A stretch of DNA of 64,000 nucleotides from Bigelowiella natans CCMP2755. Lineage: Eukaryota > Protista > Cercozoa. Position numbers and translations under genes: made by a program. The notes below the pieces were generated by a model that ran no database searches, had not been told where the DNA came from, and saw only the letters and a program-made list of their open reading frames with translations. Position 1 is the stretch's first letter, and each line of letters starts with the position of its first letter. Below, piece by piece: positions 27,800 through 41,656 of this stretch. Location: NCBI GenBank assembly GCA_000320545.1, contig ADNK01000023.1:78160-142159 (forward strand), in the 5' to 3' direction.

Positions 27800-28632
27800 G
27801 TAGCTTTGGATTTTGTTTCTGCACGTGTGTTCAAAACTATAACGATGTAGATCTCCTCTGCCTCTCCAAACTCCCTGAGATCCCTCGCTCCCCCCCTCCC
27901 CCAGGCCAACTTCGACACACGCAGCCTGCTGAAACAGGGCCCATCGCTCGAGACCCACGACAAAATATGGTAACACCATACATTTGTATAATACGTGCGT
28001 GCTGTCTATTTTCCGGTCTATGTTCTCTTATATTGAAAAGAAGAAGTAAAGAACCCCAATTTAAGTACTTTCCACCCCTCTCCTCCTCTTATTTCACCGT
28101 TGCAGTCAATGTCCCGCCCCTTATCGCCAGCCGCAAGATCCGACGGTTTTCGGGTGAATATAAACAGCTTCATCAAGCATCTAATGTTTATATGCATGAG
28201 CATCATGGTCCGCAGCAGCATCATCATCATCATCATCATCGACCACTTGTGTTACTATTTTGATAATATATTTACAATCAAACAGGGAATCCAACGCTTA
28301 AAGTCTGGCGAGATTGATCGAGAATTGGCAGATAATGTACTGCTGCTGCTGCTGCTGCTACTTGCTGGCTTACTGCTGCTATGATTGAATCTTAACAAAA
28401 TTTAGTCTAGATCGAAGAATTCCAAGAATACTTCGTTTCTGATAGGCCATGCTGCCGCATTTTATTGCTGCTGCTGTTCCTGAGCATCTCACACGCATAT
28501 ACACACACACACACATAAACACACACCGACGTACATAGATCTACAGCGAGCCAGCTTTGGCCATACAAGAGGATGCAACTCCTTCGATCAAGCAGCCTTA
28601 TGACAGATATAAAATTATTGAACCACGGTATG

Positions 28633-28681
<49 letters not shown>

Positions 28682-29393
28682 CGCGTTGTTTGTACTAGTC
28701 GGAACATGTACACCACAAGTGCCCCCCCACAACCATCGATGTTTTTGCTGCAAACGTAAATGTGTATCTGCACGCCAACACCCCACCCCCTGCTACCCCA
28801 TCACTCACAAGACTCTTTGCTTCTTACTCTTTCCAGTGTTGATCATTTGAGTCCGATGTCACGCTCCCCGAAAGCATCGAAGGATAAGATAAAGACGTGG
28901 AGGTTAGCAGCATCCATCATGTACCGTACCATGACGTAAGAACCGTATGCATACAACACTACCACCAGCATGAGAGAATAGGCCACCCATCTTCTTCTTC
29001 TTCTCCTTCTTCTTCTTCTTCTTCTCCTTCTTCTTCTTCTTCGTTGATATCACGTGACATTATTTGTGGATGATGATGCCGTTGTTGTTGTTGTTGTTGT
29101 TGTTGTTGCTGCTGTTGTCACCAGAACAATCAAGCACAACCCAAAATTCAACGACTGGGACCACTTCAACGGTACTTGTGTTTTAGTAATATTTCTAGAT
29201 ACACTAACAATAGTGTCTGTGTGTGTGTGTGTGTTTGAAATTCAGCTTGACAATATTTTCCCTTCCATACACACGCTGCATATTCTCACTGGCCCACGCT
29301 CGCAAGTGCATGCAGCTAACACAAACTGCATGATGTGCTTTTGTAGGAATAACTATGAAGCGTCTCAAACAAGCTGTGCTACCAACTAAGGTA

Positions 29394-29433
<40 letters not shown>

Positions 29434-31159
29434 CCTCTCTCTCCCCCCTTATCATATTCATGAATATAAAATGCCTATAAAATACATGTAATATTATACA
29501 TGTATATAACCTCCTCTTCTTTCACATAAACAACAGGATAAGTGGGCCATTGAGAAGATACAAGCGAGGCAGCATGCTCTAGCCCTCCAGGAAGATGACG
29601 TAATCAGAAGGAGGGAAGAGGTGATAAGTTGCATGGAGATATTTGTACGTTCATTAGCATTTCTTCCGCTCCTTGTAATCATCCGCCTCCCCCCCCCCGG
29701 CCCACTCTATTTATCCTGCAGAGCATCAAGGCTACCAGGAAGAAATTCTATGACAGACAATTGGAAAACTTCAACAAGGTCTTCTTCGACTTCGTAGTTG
29801 CTGCTGCTCATGCGGATATGAGCTGTACAAGCACTGAAGCAGACATCAAGGAGATAGGAAGGGGGAATGGAATTTGGAGGGGGGGGGGGGGGGGGGGAGG
29901 AATGAGTCATCGGTCCATCTTCGATGTCGGCCCCTGTTGTGTACAATTATATGCCTATTGCTCCTCCACCCTTCTCCATTGTGCGAAAAACGCGGTTTCT
30001 CACGACACGATTTGCCTCTGCGCGTCGTTGATTGTGCGTACGGATTGTGTGGGTTGTTAGGAGGTGGAACTGAACCCTTTCGGGACTTCGCGCCCGCCAA
30101 CCGCCCGGATAGAAAGCGACGATGATCGGCAGCGAGCCATGCTTGCGAGTTGCAGCCCTTGTCTCTCGCAGCTAGCATCACCCAAGGAGAGACGGGAGGT
30201 GAGGAGAATGAGGGGGGGGGAGGAGGAGGAGGAGGAGGAGAGTGTTTTGGCAAAAAATCGTGAAAAGTAGTCTCATAACCGTACGCAGTTGTTGGAAAGT
30301 CTATTTGCGACGGGTTTTTGTTTGTATTTCTAGTTATTTTACTCTCTCTTTCTATCTCCCTCCCCCTCCCCTTAACGCACACACAGTATCACCCGGAGCT
30401 GCCTTACGATCACCTGGATATGAGCGGCATGGTACGATGATGATGAAGAAGACGATGATGATGATGATGATAGCAGAATAATAGTTAATCATAGAAGAAC
30501 GTTTGGGAAGAAAAACATGTAGTTTTTGCTAGCGGTGTCGCGTGCAACAAGCCGTCGCTGCTGTTCGGTTCGATTCAGGAATATTGTGTCTCCTTTTTTT
30601 TGAATACGGATCCGCATTATCCCCCTCCCCCCCCCCCCCCCCCAAAACCCAAACATTTGGGATTGTTTTTTCGATCGAAATACATAATAACTGGGAAAAT
30701 CTTACGAAAAATAAGGGGTACAAGCACGCGGACTATCAGCAGAAGGAAAATCCAGAATATATTGAAGACCGTGATAGGTGCCCTACCATATGCCATTCGT
30801 CGTTGCAATCACGAGGCTTTGTTTGGTCCTTTTCCCCAAAAAACAAGAAGAAAAGTTTCCAGGCCCTTTTTTTCCCCCCCCCCCCCCCCCCCCCCCCTCC
30901 CCCCACCTGCGCTCTGATGACAAAAGCATATTGCCCAACTTCAACAACAACAACAACCGCATTCAGGAGAATAATCGAGATAGCTCGCAAGGCCAATACG
31001 TACCGCACTCGCCCCCAGACAGCGATTGCTGCGCTCAATCCAATCCGAACGATTCCCCCAAGAAGGAGAGACGTCATGGAGGCCCACGCTCTGCACGCAG
31101 ACATAGAGCAATTCGAGGCGAGTATAGAAGGCAGGCAGATTACTTGTCGGGACTATTGA
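23555..31159 (+). CDS. Uncharacterised protein, roughly 25 short exons, with coiled-coil and low-complexity segments
   Basis: A chain of GT-AG-bounded open exons lies between microsatellite introns: MTDNAGLYGF...AMK | TTALMTQGTHKPPW... | HKKKALKNIRSKIEDEKYRNE | DLADTRRQKLQALRLIKLQKHMDKT | DKWAIEKIQARQHALALQEDD | ...RQITCRDY*. No family recognised; it could be two genes. Confidence 0.6.
24092..24180. repeat. Compound intronic microsatellite (CT)n-(GT)n-(GA)n
   Basis: About 19 CT units, a short GT spacer, then about 17 GA units. The two arms are mutually complementary. Confidence 0.9.
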
Positions 31160-32378
31160 TTCTCGATGCTGCGGACGCTGCTGCCACAAGCCCTTCACCT
31201 TAGTTCACTTTTTACGTGGATGATAGCACTCGCACTGACCACCATCACCCGCATTATATACCACACGCGTATCTGAATGACGTGCCTTTCAAGGCCTAGC
31301 GATTATGTAGCAAAGGCAATGATAATAAGCGTGTCGTTCGTTTACATCTAGATACGCGCACAGCTAGACAGACACGAATACTATTATATATATATATATA
31401 TATATATATTGGTTGGTGTACATAGGCATTGTGAATATCGCTTTCATATCCTTGTTTTAAGTATAAAGGGGAAAATGTAGTCGCAGTCATTAAACATTCT
31501 GTGCTTATGATAACAATCTAGTATTACCGCAACGCATTGCTGTCGTACGCGCCCGTTTATTTGTTCCCTGTGTAATTAGCAACGGCTGTAAGCTAGTAAG
31601 CTGTGGTATATGCAATGTGTGCGTAATGTAATTTAAGCTACCATGCATCACATCACTGTGGTATCTGCACACTGACCATTAAAGATATTTAAATCATTCA
31701 TTGTATATGTCTCGTATACTGCTCTAGCAGCACAGAGACGTATGCATGCAATCGTAAGAGACAACGTTGACACTCGCATGCATCGCATAGATGCAGCGTG
31801 TGCGGATAATTTTTTCGTTTGTTTCCCATTGTTTGTCTAGATCATGGGACAGCTGCCTACCTAGCTAGACAGATGTAAGACGGATCGATGCAATCAATGA
31901 ATTAGGGTTATTAGTATAAATTTGTTCAATAGTCATCCTTATGTAGCTGTGCAATGCAGCGGCTATGCTACAGACGGGTGTAATGACATGTTCATGTTTT
32001 CACGATTAATAAATCCTAGAATCTTTTTTTTGATAATCATCCTGATGTAGCTACATGCACAAAGCTTGTTTATAAGAGTCTATATCAGCCTTATATATAG
32101 GGAGCTGGCGATGCCACCGCGTTTGCACTTCTGTGCGTGTGGTTGCGCAATGACGATATCGCGCAGCAAGTCACTGCTGATATGCATGCTGTTATTGTGC
32201 GTCCGCGGCCGGGACCGATCAAACCGAATCGCCGCGAGAGGCGAACATACATGACTAGCTAGCTAGCATTATTATTCCATACTTCTTATGCCCAACTATT
32301 CACAGCAGAATGTATATGGAGCACATGTAGTCTTTTAACATTAAGCAACACGCGTTCAACGCAATAATAAACAGGGGC

Positions 32379-32972
32379 CTACGGCGAGATGAAGAAGTAG
32401 TCGATCCAGTACCACACGAAGATGGAGCTCGCTCCGACGAGGATGTTCTTGCCTTGACCGCAGACTAGCTTGTCAAAGCGGCCCCAAAGCGTCATCAGCG
32501 GCTGCACCACCTTCGAGACATGCCGCGCCATGCCCATCATGCTCTTCAGCTTCGCTTCGTCCATGTCCGCCATCATATCGAGCCGCGCCGCCAGGTCCTC
32601 CTTGGACATCCCAGCCATGGCGGGGTTGGAGCGCATCATCGTTTCGAACATCGCCGGGTTGTTCTTCAGCATGTCGCGCTGCATCTGCATCATGGCTTTC
32701 AGCTGCTTTCCGTCCATGTTCTCCATCATCTTGAGCGCCTGAGCCTGCTGGGAGGCCATACCGCCGCCCCCCCCCGGTGCTGCTGCTCCTCCTGGTGGTG
32801 GTATGAAGGGAGAGGAGGTGGAGGAGGAAGAGGCTACATTGCTACTGCTACTGCTGCTGCTATTACTCGTCGTAGCTGGTACGGCGCTACTCGTTGACGC
32901 TAAGAGGGAGGAGGGAGGAGAGTTTCTCAGTAAGCAGAGGAGTCATACATAATAAATATATTGGGAGAGAGA

Positions 32973-33010
<38 letters not shown>

Positions 33011-33304
33011 AGAAATAGAAGGGAAAGCAAGGCGGCAAGAGAGGAAGAGGAGGAGGAAGGATGGGGAGGATATGATATATTTCTACCTGTTTTGGAATCA
33101 GAAGACGATGACGGTGCTGGGACTCCTCCCCCTCCCATCATCTGTTTCATCTTGGTCAGGTTTGCGAGCTGCTCTGGCGTCATGTCCTTCATCATCTCTG
33201 CCGCCATTTTCATCTGCACCTTCGCTTGCTCAGGGTTCGCCGCCATGCGTTCCATCGCCTCGGCTCCTGACATATGACAAGGGATAATGCACACACAATC
33301 ACAA

Positions 33305-33342
<38 letters not shown>

Positions 33343-35178
33343 ACACACACTGACTGAACCGTCCATCGGAGCTTGGTTTTGGATGTTGATGTCGGTGTTT
33401 GGGTTTGTTGTTGCTGCTTATTGTATGTTATGATGGATGATGATGATGGCCCCTCGATGCTGCCGGCGGCTATCAGCACCTCACATTGAGTACCACCGCC
33501 ACGTAAACGTACACTTGCTGATGCTTCTGCTACTACTACTACAATGACTAATATGATGATGGTTGGATATGATTGTGCTGTCTAATAGTACTACTATACT
33601 ACTACTACTCCTACTACTACTACTACTACCCATTCGTATCTGCTCATCGGTCATGTGCGCCATGGCTGGGTTCAAACTTCTGAGCTGATCTGGTGTCATC
33701 GACTTCATCATAGAAGCCTGCATCTTCATCTGTTCAGGAGTCATGTTGGCCATATGCTGGCTTGCCTGCCGAAGGTCCGGCTTGGAAGGGGGGAGGGGGG
33801 GAGGGGGTTGCGAAGAGGAGATGAGGGGAACGCTTATTACAACAAAGTAATACTAATGAAAAAAGTAATGATAGTAACTATAGCAGGGGTAAATGATGAG
33901 ACACAAAAACCTAGAAACCGTACAGCAGCAGCAGCAGCAGCAGCAGGAGGAGGAGGAGGAGGATATAAACACATACATATAGTCCATACATGCACACATT
34001 GGATATCACAACCACGATCCCAATCACCCCCCTCCTTCCCACAGCCAGAACTACATGCATGACGACGACGACGACGACGAGTCGTTGTGAGTCGTCGTGA
34101 AAGAAATTAATTGAAAGATGTGCTTCTGGCGTGCTACTACCTTTGTTCCTGCAACGAACGGGGAGGAGGAGGAAGAGGAGGAGGAGGAGGAAGAAGGGAT
34201 AGAGCTCCTATTCTTTCCCTCCTTAGAGTCCGATAGCCTTGCACCTACTTTGCCCCCCCCTTTCTTGTCGCTCTTCCAGTCATCGTTCACCTCCTCCACT
34301 GACACCCCACCCCCTCTCCTCTTTCCTCCTTCCTTGAGATCTGGTTTATCCTTAGAATCATCATCTTCTTCGTCATCGTCCAAAAAGTATATCTCTCTGT
34401 CATCGTCGTTGGTGGCAGCATTCTTCCCATCGGTTGTGCTGCTGCTACGAGCATCTTTGCAATGCTTCTTGACTAAGCTAACCATCTCGCTTTTCTCCGT
34501 TACGCCTTTATAGTCGACGCTAGCAGCTTCGAGCAACCGCCTTAGCTCGCGGATTGACAGCGACGCTGGATCGCTTGTGTATGATGGCAATGACGACGAG
34601 GAGGTATTGGTAGTTGTAGTAGAAGAAGAAGAAGGTGCTGACGTCGAAGTATTCTTTTTCGTGCTCTTACTAGGTGTACCAGGACTGGCTTCGGCTTCTT
34701 TTCCTTCTTCTGCGGGGGTTGTTGATTCCTTGGCTGCTTTTGGTTTCAGCTTTTCGAGAAGCGCTTTACACTTTTGCGAAGAAGGGTCAAGCTGGAGAGC
34801 CTTCTCTAAATCAACCACAGCACTTGTGTAGTCGCCCTCCCCTCCTCGCTTCTCTCGAGCTGTAGCGCGGCGGAAGTAGGCTTTCACGTTAGGTCGGTCG
34901 TGAATCACTGCCGTGCACTCACGTATGGCCTTCTTATAGTTCTTGAGCTGCAGATGGCAGGCAGCGGCGTTCAGATGGCATGCTTCGCGCAGCTTGCTCA
35001 CAGCCTCCTTATCGTAGGACCTTTTGCATCGAAGTTCAGCAAACAGTAAATGAACGAGAATGACAACCAATGTCAGAAGTATACTTCCAAGATAGGTTTG
35101 GTGCACGAAGAACCCAACTGCGACAGCAATCAGGATCGATAGGTGGATGTGACATGTATGGATAATGATGATGCTGAA

Positions 35179-35211
<33 letters not shown>

Positions 35212-35934
35212 TAACAGATCCTTCTTACGGTTTGTGGTTGTACAATGTACTAAGTGTCGACGAATAGTTTAGACCCTAGTATCACCCTAAATATTACCTT
35301 TTCGAGTCCTCCATTCCATCCAGCACAAGGAAAGCGTCCTCATACTTATCAAGGGCCTTCACAAAATCCTTCTTTTTGTGGAACTCGACGCCTTCTTCTT
35401 TACATTTCTGCGCCTCGCGTGCTTGCCCTGTGAGGGGTGCAGATGGCTTGGAAGACGAAGAGGAGGAGGAAGGCGAAGTGCTGCTCCCTGTTGCTCCCCC
35501 CCCGCGCATAGTCTTGGCCGCATTTGAAAGCTGTTCGGGTGTCATATTCTTGAATTGTTCAGTGGCCATCTTCATCATGGCAGGGTTGTCCTGCATCATT
35601 TTCATGGCATTCTGCATCATCGCTGGATCCATTCCCATAGCATTCATCCTAAGAGGAGGGTGAGACGACAACACATTACGTTATTTCAGGTCATCATTCC
35701 CCTGAAATAGACCCTACTAAATATAAAACTAAATGCTAAAGGAAGAAAGAGCGGTGTGTTCTTGGCACTTCCTTCACAGCTCCATCAACACACGTTCATT
35801 TGATTGGTGCTACGACTTCGTACGCACCCTGCATAGTTATTCTGCGCGTTCCTCATCTGTTCCTGCATTTGTTCCGGAGTCATATTCTTCATCTGCTCCT
35901 GCGCCATCCGAAGCTGCTCCGGAGTGAAATTCAT
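32379..35934 (-). CDS. OEP61/TPR7-like tail-anchored chaperone receptor: Met-rich STI1-like repeats, TPR clamp, SAP-like insert and C-terminal TM
   Basis: Repeated MxxMTPEQ and DNPAMM motifs. TPR segment KEEGVEFHKKKDFVKALDKYEDA...CHLNAAACHLQLKNYKKAIRECTAVI...NVKAYFRRATA. C-terminal hydrophobic tail NILVGASSIFVWYWIDYFFISP*. Confidence 0.8.
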
Positions 35935-36483
35935 GGTGACCAGGGAGCTGGAGTAGGAGAGAGGGAAGGTGGCGAATGTTTCTGTGATTCGTAGGCTGAC
36001 GAAGTTACTCCGATACTTTTCAGACAATATATCCCTTTTATTAGCAGTGTCGCTAATGTATAAAATAAGTCCTTGCATTATGTTTTTGGATATATCTGTA
36101 TGTCGTATTTGATAATTAGAGACACCTGACCCTCCGCTCGGATCAAGTAGCTCTGAATTTCTTTGGACGACAACGATTCCCAGACCGGCTTTTTGGTATT
36201 CCGCTATTTGGAAGACACCCGTCCATGTCGCAATCAGTAAACCAAATGAAAATATTTATACGCGACAATCCAATATGCCACGGGGGTCTTTCTCCTCTCT
36301 CCTCAAGTAGCATTGCAAACGAGGCAAAACATTGCGATCTCAGATGTGAGACAACTTCTTCTCCGTCCTGATTATTCGCCGGGGATTCGAGATTCGGAGA
36401 GATCTCTTGGTAATCGTCTCCAGGATTCTCTGGGAACGTCCCGTTTGACAAAAAGACACAAGTCCGAACTGACTCACTCCACC
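35935..36483. promoter_or_regulatory. Putative bidirectional promoter between the OEP61-like gene and pheA
   Basis: Head-to-head start codons about 550 bp apart. Promoter activity is inferred from the geometry only. Confidence 0.5.
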
Positions 36484-38527
36484 ATGGCCTCCGTCGGTTC
36501 TACGAAGCCCGCAGACTCAAGGGTCTCTGCAGACAGGAGCCAGGACCTTCCGGCGCTTGGAGACCTGAGGAAGAAGATTGATGAGTGCGATCGGGCCATT
36601 ATCAAGCTCCTGAACGACAGGATGAAGGTCCTCCACCGCCCCCCCGATCGTTTTGTTTACGTACCTTGCTCAGCGTGTTTGACCCATCGATTTTCCAGGT
36701 TTGTCAGATGATCGGACAAGCGAAAGGGCGCATGATGGTAGAATCGCACTCTTTGTTTGATTCTTTCATGACGCTGACCAATACGTGTTCCTTATCGATG
36801 AAAAGGCCATGGAAAGCAAAGAAGCCCTATCCAAGGAGGAAGAAAAGAAGCAAGTCTATCGCCCCGCGAGAGAGAAGTTAGTATTCGATAAGGTAGAAGA
36901 CCAACAGAAGGAGTATCCTATACCGCATTGCTCAATTTATGACATGCAGTCTGCTACTACTACAGGTAGCACGTATAAATGGCCACATGCCTGGGCCGTT
37001 GACTGACACAGCAGTCCGAGCGATTTACAGAGAAGTATCATACGCACATGCATTGAAGAGAGATATGCGCTGCTATTAAATCTTTGGTGATGTAGAATCC
37101 GAATGCTCACACACTGTGGTGTGGTGGAATCATTGATCTGGCATTGTACTTCGCTCGGCATCCTATTTTCTGAGCAGCACCCCTCCCTGACGATTTTGCC
37201 TTAACATTAAAAAGGTGATGTCGTGCTCGATAAACTTGCAGCAGCCGACAACGATTGGGTAGCAATGTTTGCACATTTTCTGAACATCTACATCCACATC
37301 TTATCCCTGGCTACTACTACTACTACTACTACTATTACTACTACCACACTGTGGATGCATCAGGTGCAGCGTGTGTTGCTGCTGCACACATAATGATAAT
37401 TCTAATAATAATTCTAACAATAATAATTTTATCCCACACGCCTGCAAGTGCGCGCTCACACGTGTGAGAACTTTCTTCTTTTCATTCACAGATATCTAGG
37501 ACCTCCCGCTTCCTCGAGCCATGTGGTAAGCCCCCCCCCCTCGTCTAGAGCTAGTAACACCCTACCTACGCAGGATCCGTATTGATGATTTAACAATGTC
37601 ATTTCTTTCTTCCTTATCATCCTCTCACCCATCAAATCGGAATAGGCCGCAGTAAATCGCTTCGGAGCCTCCATGGCATTTCGAGCCATAAGTTCCACGG
37701 CAGATATCCTGTCGCTTGTTGAGAACGGCGCAATCAGCTACGGTGTCATTCCGATCGGAAACTCTCACGCGGTAATACTACTACTACTAACTAGTAGTAG
37801 TTAGCAGTTGTAGTTGTAGGAGTAAAAGTAGTCGTATGGTAGTCGTAGTAGTCGGTAGGAGTGATATTGCAGCAGCAAGCAATCCGCGTTGTGGAGGACA
37901 AATGTGATGATGCATGCATGATCTTCTCTTGTTTGCTTTAGGGATTGGAGTCTAACACTCTTGATGAGCTAGCTAAGTAACTGCTACTAGTAGTAGTAGT
38001 AGCAGCAGTAGTGTAGTAGTGGTAGTAGTAGTAGCAGTAGTAGTAGTAGTAGCACATGTGGGAGAACGAGAGAAAGAAAGAAAGAACAACTCAGAGAAAG
38101 AGGGAGAGACGGCGAAGAAGCAGCAGAAGAAGAAGCAGAAGAAGATAGTATTACATTCGGCAACACTACTACTATTCCCGTGAACAACTCATTCTTATTC
38201 TTGTTATCGCACTACCAACCCCACTACTACTTACTACTGCTGCTACTATTACGACCACATCACGTGGCTTTTACCAGCACCCAGATGAAGATCTATGCGG
38301 AAATCGAGATACCATTATCGTTTGCTCTGCTTTCGTACGTTAAGGTGGGTGGGGACATACAGCGCGAGTAGTGATAACTACCGCTGCTACTGCTGCTGTT
38401 GTTGCTGCTGCTGACAAGTTTGTATTGTTCCTTGTCCCTATTGGATGATGATGATTTGGGCAGTCGAAGACGGAGATCGCCACTGTGTATGGTAGCCAGG
38501 TAAAGAGGCGCATGATGATGCTGCTAC

Positions 38528-38559
<32 letters not shown>

Positions 38560-39637
38560 GCAAGGATTTTTGATAAGGATGCTAGAAGTGGCAGTACTGC
38601 TGCTGCTGGTGTTGTCTTGTAGCATACTATGACGCAAGGCTGAATATAGAATGATGTTTCGAACCTTGTTACTCTTCGGATAAAGTAGTCTGAAGTACGA
38701 TGATGGAAATTGACATAAACAACCATTTGAGTAGCATCCATACAGTGTTTTGTATGCGTGTGTGGGCCGATGTAAGATGTATGTTGGCGTGCCTACCGTA
38801 CGTGCATATTCCACAGGCACTCCTTCTCCAATGCAAGAAATGGTTGACGATCAATGTGCCGGAGGCCCGTCTCGTTGTGTGCAGTAGGTACCATATAGTC
38901 TCATATTATATATCATAATTGATACATACGTCGTTGAGTATTACGTGCATGAGCATGAATGGCATACTGAGCGGGGGGGGGGGGGTGAGTGGGAGAGTCG
39001 AACGTGGCGTAAGCATTGATACACCTTCTTCTGAGATGGCTAGCATCGTCATTGTCGCCTTCATCATCAGCGCTGTAGTTAAGTCATTATCAGCATCATC
39101 GTCGTTATCCTGAAACGCGCTCTGCACATTTTCGTCATGTTCGCCCTGTTGTTCTGCCTTTTGTGATGCTGGCTTCCTTCAGCACTGAGGATGCGTGCAA
39201 AAGAGTGAAGGAGGCAAGGGCGGGGGGCGATGCAGAAAAGAAGGGATCTGCTGCCGTGGGGACGCTGTATGTCATTCGAGAAAGAAAAATAAGAAGATGT
39301 GGTACAGTGATGGGCGAAGAATCGGAAGAACAGCAAGATGGATCATCATGAGACGGACCAAGCACTTACCTTTATTTATCATAACGCCAGACTCGCAAGT
39401 GACATAACCGGTATTCCAATTATAGACGAGCACATGGAAGATCGGGTACTGTCTATGCAGGATGATAGCACGAAAATATCCATGTTTCCACCATACTGAT
39501 GGTGTGTGTTTCAACCTCTGCATGAATCATCCTTCTATTGCAACGTCACGCATCAATCCATGGGGAAAACAGCATCGACTCAAATCCTGTGACTTCATCC
39601 GATAACTTGTTGCTGTTCCTCCCTCACCACACACACA

Positions 39638-39678
<41 letters not shown>

Positions 39679-39946
39679 ATGTGCACATTAGGCCTCTACG
39701 TCGAGATTCTTCGTCATCAGTCAAGTATGCGAGCCACCATCTGGTGAGGACAAGACGTTTGTTATCTTCAGCCTGAAAGACACGCAGGTGGGTTGGTATC
39801 TATCACACGCACCTATTACTACTACTACTGCTACTACTACTACTACTACTACTACAGAGTGTCTAAGGAGAGTGCGTATCAGAGTGTCTATGGATAGTTC
39901 GCATCCTTCTGCTGTCTGTCATCTTCCATCTGTTGGTGCGATGATC

Positions 39947-39984
<38 letters not shown>

Positions 39985-40520
39985 ATCACACAAAATAACC
40001 ACGCGGATAATCACCCAGGGAGCCTTGTTCCGCGCTCTGAAAATCATGAAAGAAGAAGAAATAAACCTGACGAACATCGAGAGTCGTCCGAGGTCAGAAC
40101 ATGATGCTCTATTTAACAACACAGCGCAGTCAATATATCTGAATTAGATGATTGTTACTTCTAGCGGGTCGAAAGCGTGGGACTACAATTTCTTTGTTCG
40201 TATGGATGGCCACGAGCAGGATAAGGTGCGGTCAACAACGAAAATGGTGTTACCTGATGATTGTGATGATTATCTTAAAAGAGGCAGAGAGGAAATGAAT
40301 CAATGGTTAGTAACTTGAGGAAGGTCTCCGTCTTCTCCCAGCATTTGTTGCCCAACATGTTGCGATGACGGAGAAGAGTCGAAGGATTGTGTGTTTCTAC
40401 CGATGCAATTCCAACCTTGTTACATGTGTGTAGGGAATTGCTGCGGCGTTGAACCGCCTGCGAAAGGTTTGCTCGTACGTTCGTGTGCTCGGATCTTACC
40501 CTGAGAATAAGGCCTCGTGA
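36484..40520 (+). CDS. pheA: Bifunctional chorismate mutase (AroQ)-prephenate dehydratase-ACT fusion (P-protein type)
   Basis: CM domain: LGDLRKKIDECDRAIIKLLNDR...IGQAK...VYRPARE...IYREVMSCSINLQ. PDT domain: GYLGP, YGVIPIGNS. ACT domain: DKTFVIFSLKDTQGALFRAL...NLTNIESRPS...YNFFV...VRVLGSYP. About 15 exons. Confidence 0.9.
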
Positions 40521-41656
40521 GTAAAGAAGTTAACTTAACAGCCAATTATCATTATTATAGCTGTATCGATGAGGTATGCACGATGGTGATGTTCGGAGCT
40601 TTTGAGGAAGGATCGGAGTTTCTTTCTAGAATCTTGCTCGCCTATACGTATGAATGTGGAATATGTCGATTGACTCTTGATGAATTCCGCTAACAAAGCT
40701 GCTAAACTTTCGCCACGGCACACAACTACGGACAGGCTCATGTAATAATTGCTGTGCATTATGTGTAGCGCAGAGTGCGTACACATTATCTCTGCCTACT
40801 ACATACGGCTATCTTATGACTATAATACATGGCAACCATCATGCGTACATTATAGGGCTATCACAATCTTATGACTATCATGCGTGCATGAGACGGAGCT
40901 ACAAGGAATAAATTCTAATGTAACTATAACATATGTGTGTGTACGATACGTAGTATGTACCTTGTGCGTGTTTATGCTGTTGTCTAGTGTCGTTACAGGA
41001 TGATGCTCTCCTACATAGCATATGTATGCACATGCAATGCTAGAATGGCTACCATAGCTAGATAGCACATGCTAGCATGTCGCATCTGCACATGCTCTAC
41101 ATGTAGATGCTCAGCGGCAGATGCGTGCGAGCTAGACTAGTATGTACGTATCGTAGGCCTAGACTCTCCGATCAGGCTCGCTAACGCCGCGCCAACGAAC
41201 GTATCGTTGTATCGCTACAAATTTACCTCAGCGCATACACTGCATTTACGTACGATACTTCTGTACCAGCTCGATAGCTATAATACGACGACATGCATAT
41301 AATATCTGACAAATGGTTATATGCAACGAAGCATTGGTATAAGTAGTGGCCCTATCCTGCAGGCTGGTACATACATGCGCGTGGGGCGTGGGCACTGACA
41401 ATAGCATGCTACGCTGGCTAACTGTTAGCATTAGAGCACACATGGACACTGCATTTGAGATTATGCATCATGTGTAGCATCATTTTGGCACGCACATCGC
41501 ACAACGCGAGGCGGCGGCACGTACAGGCAGCATGTCACTTGCACGATTGTCCCATTCTTTTTTAGATTCTTAGAAAATGAAAAGGGTCACATCATCATAA
41601 ATATGTTGTAGTTGCTACTGTAAACCAGTACTTTTTGCTAAAAAAAGATACCTTCC

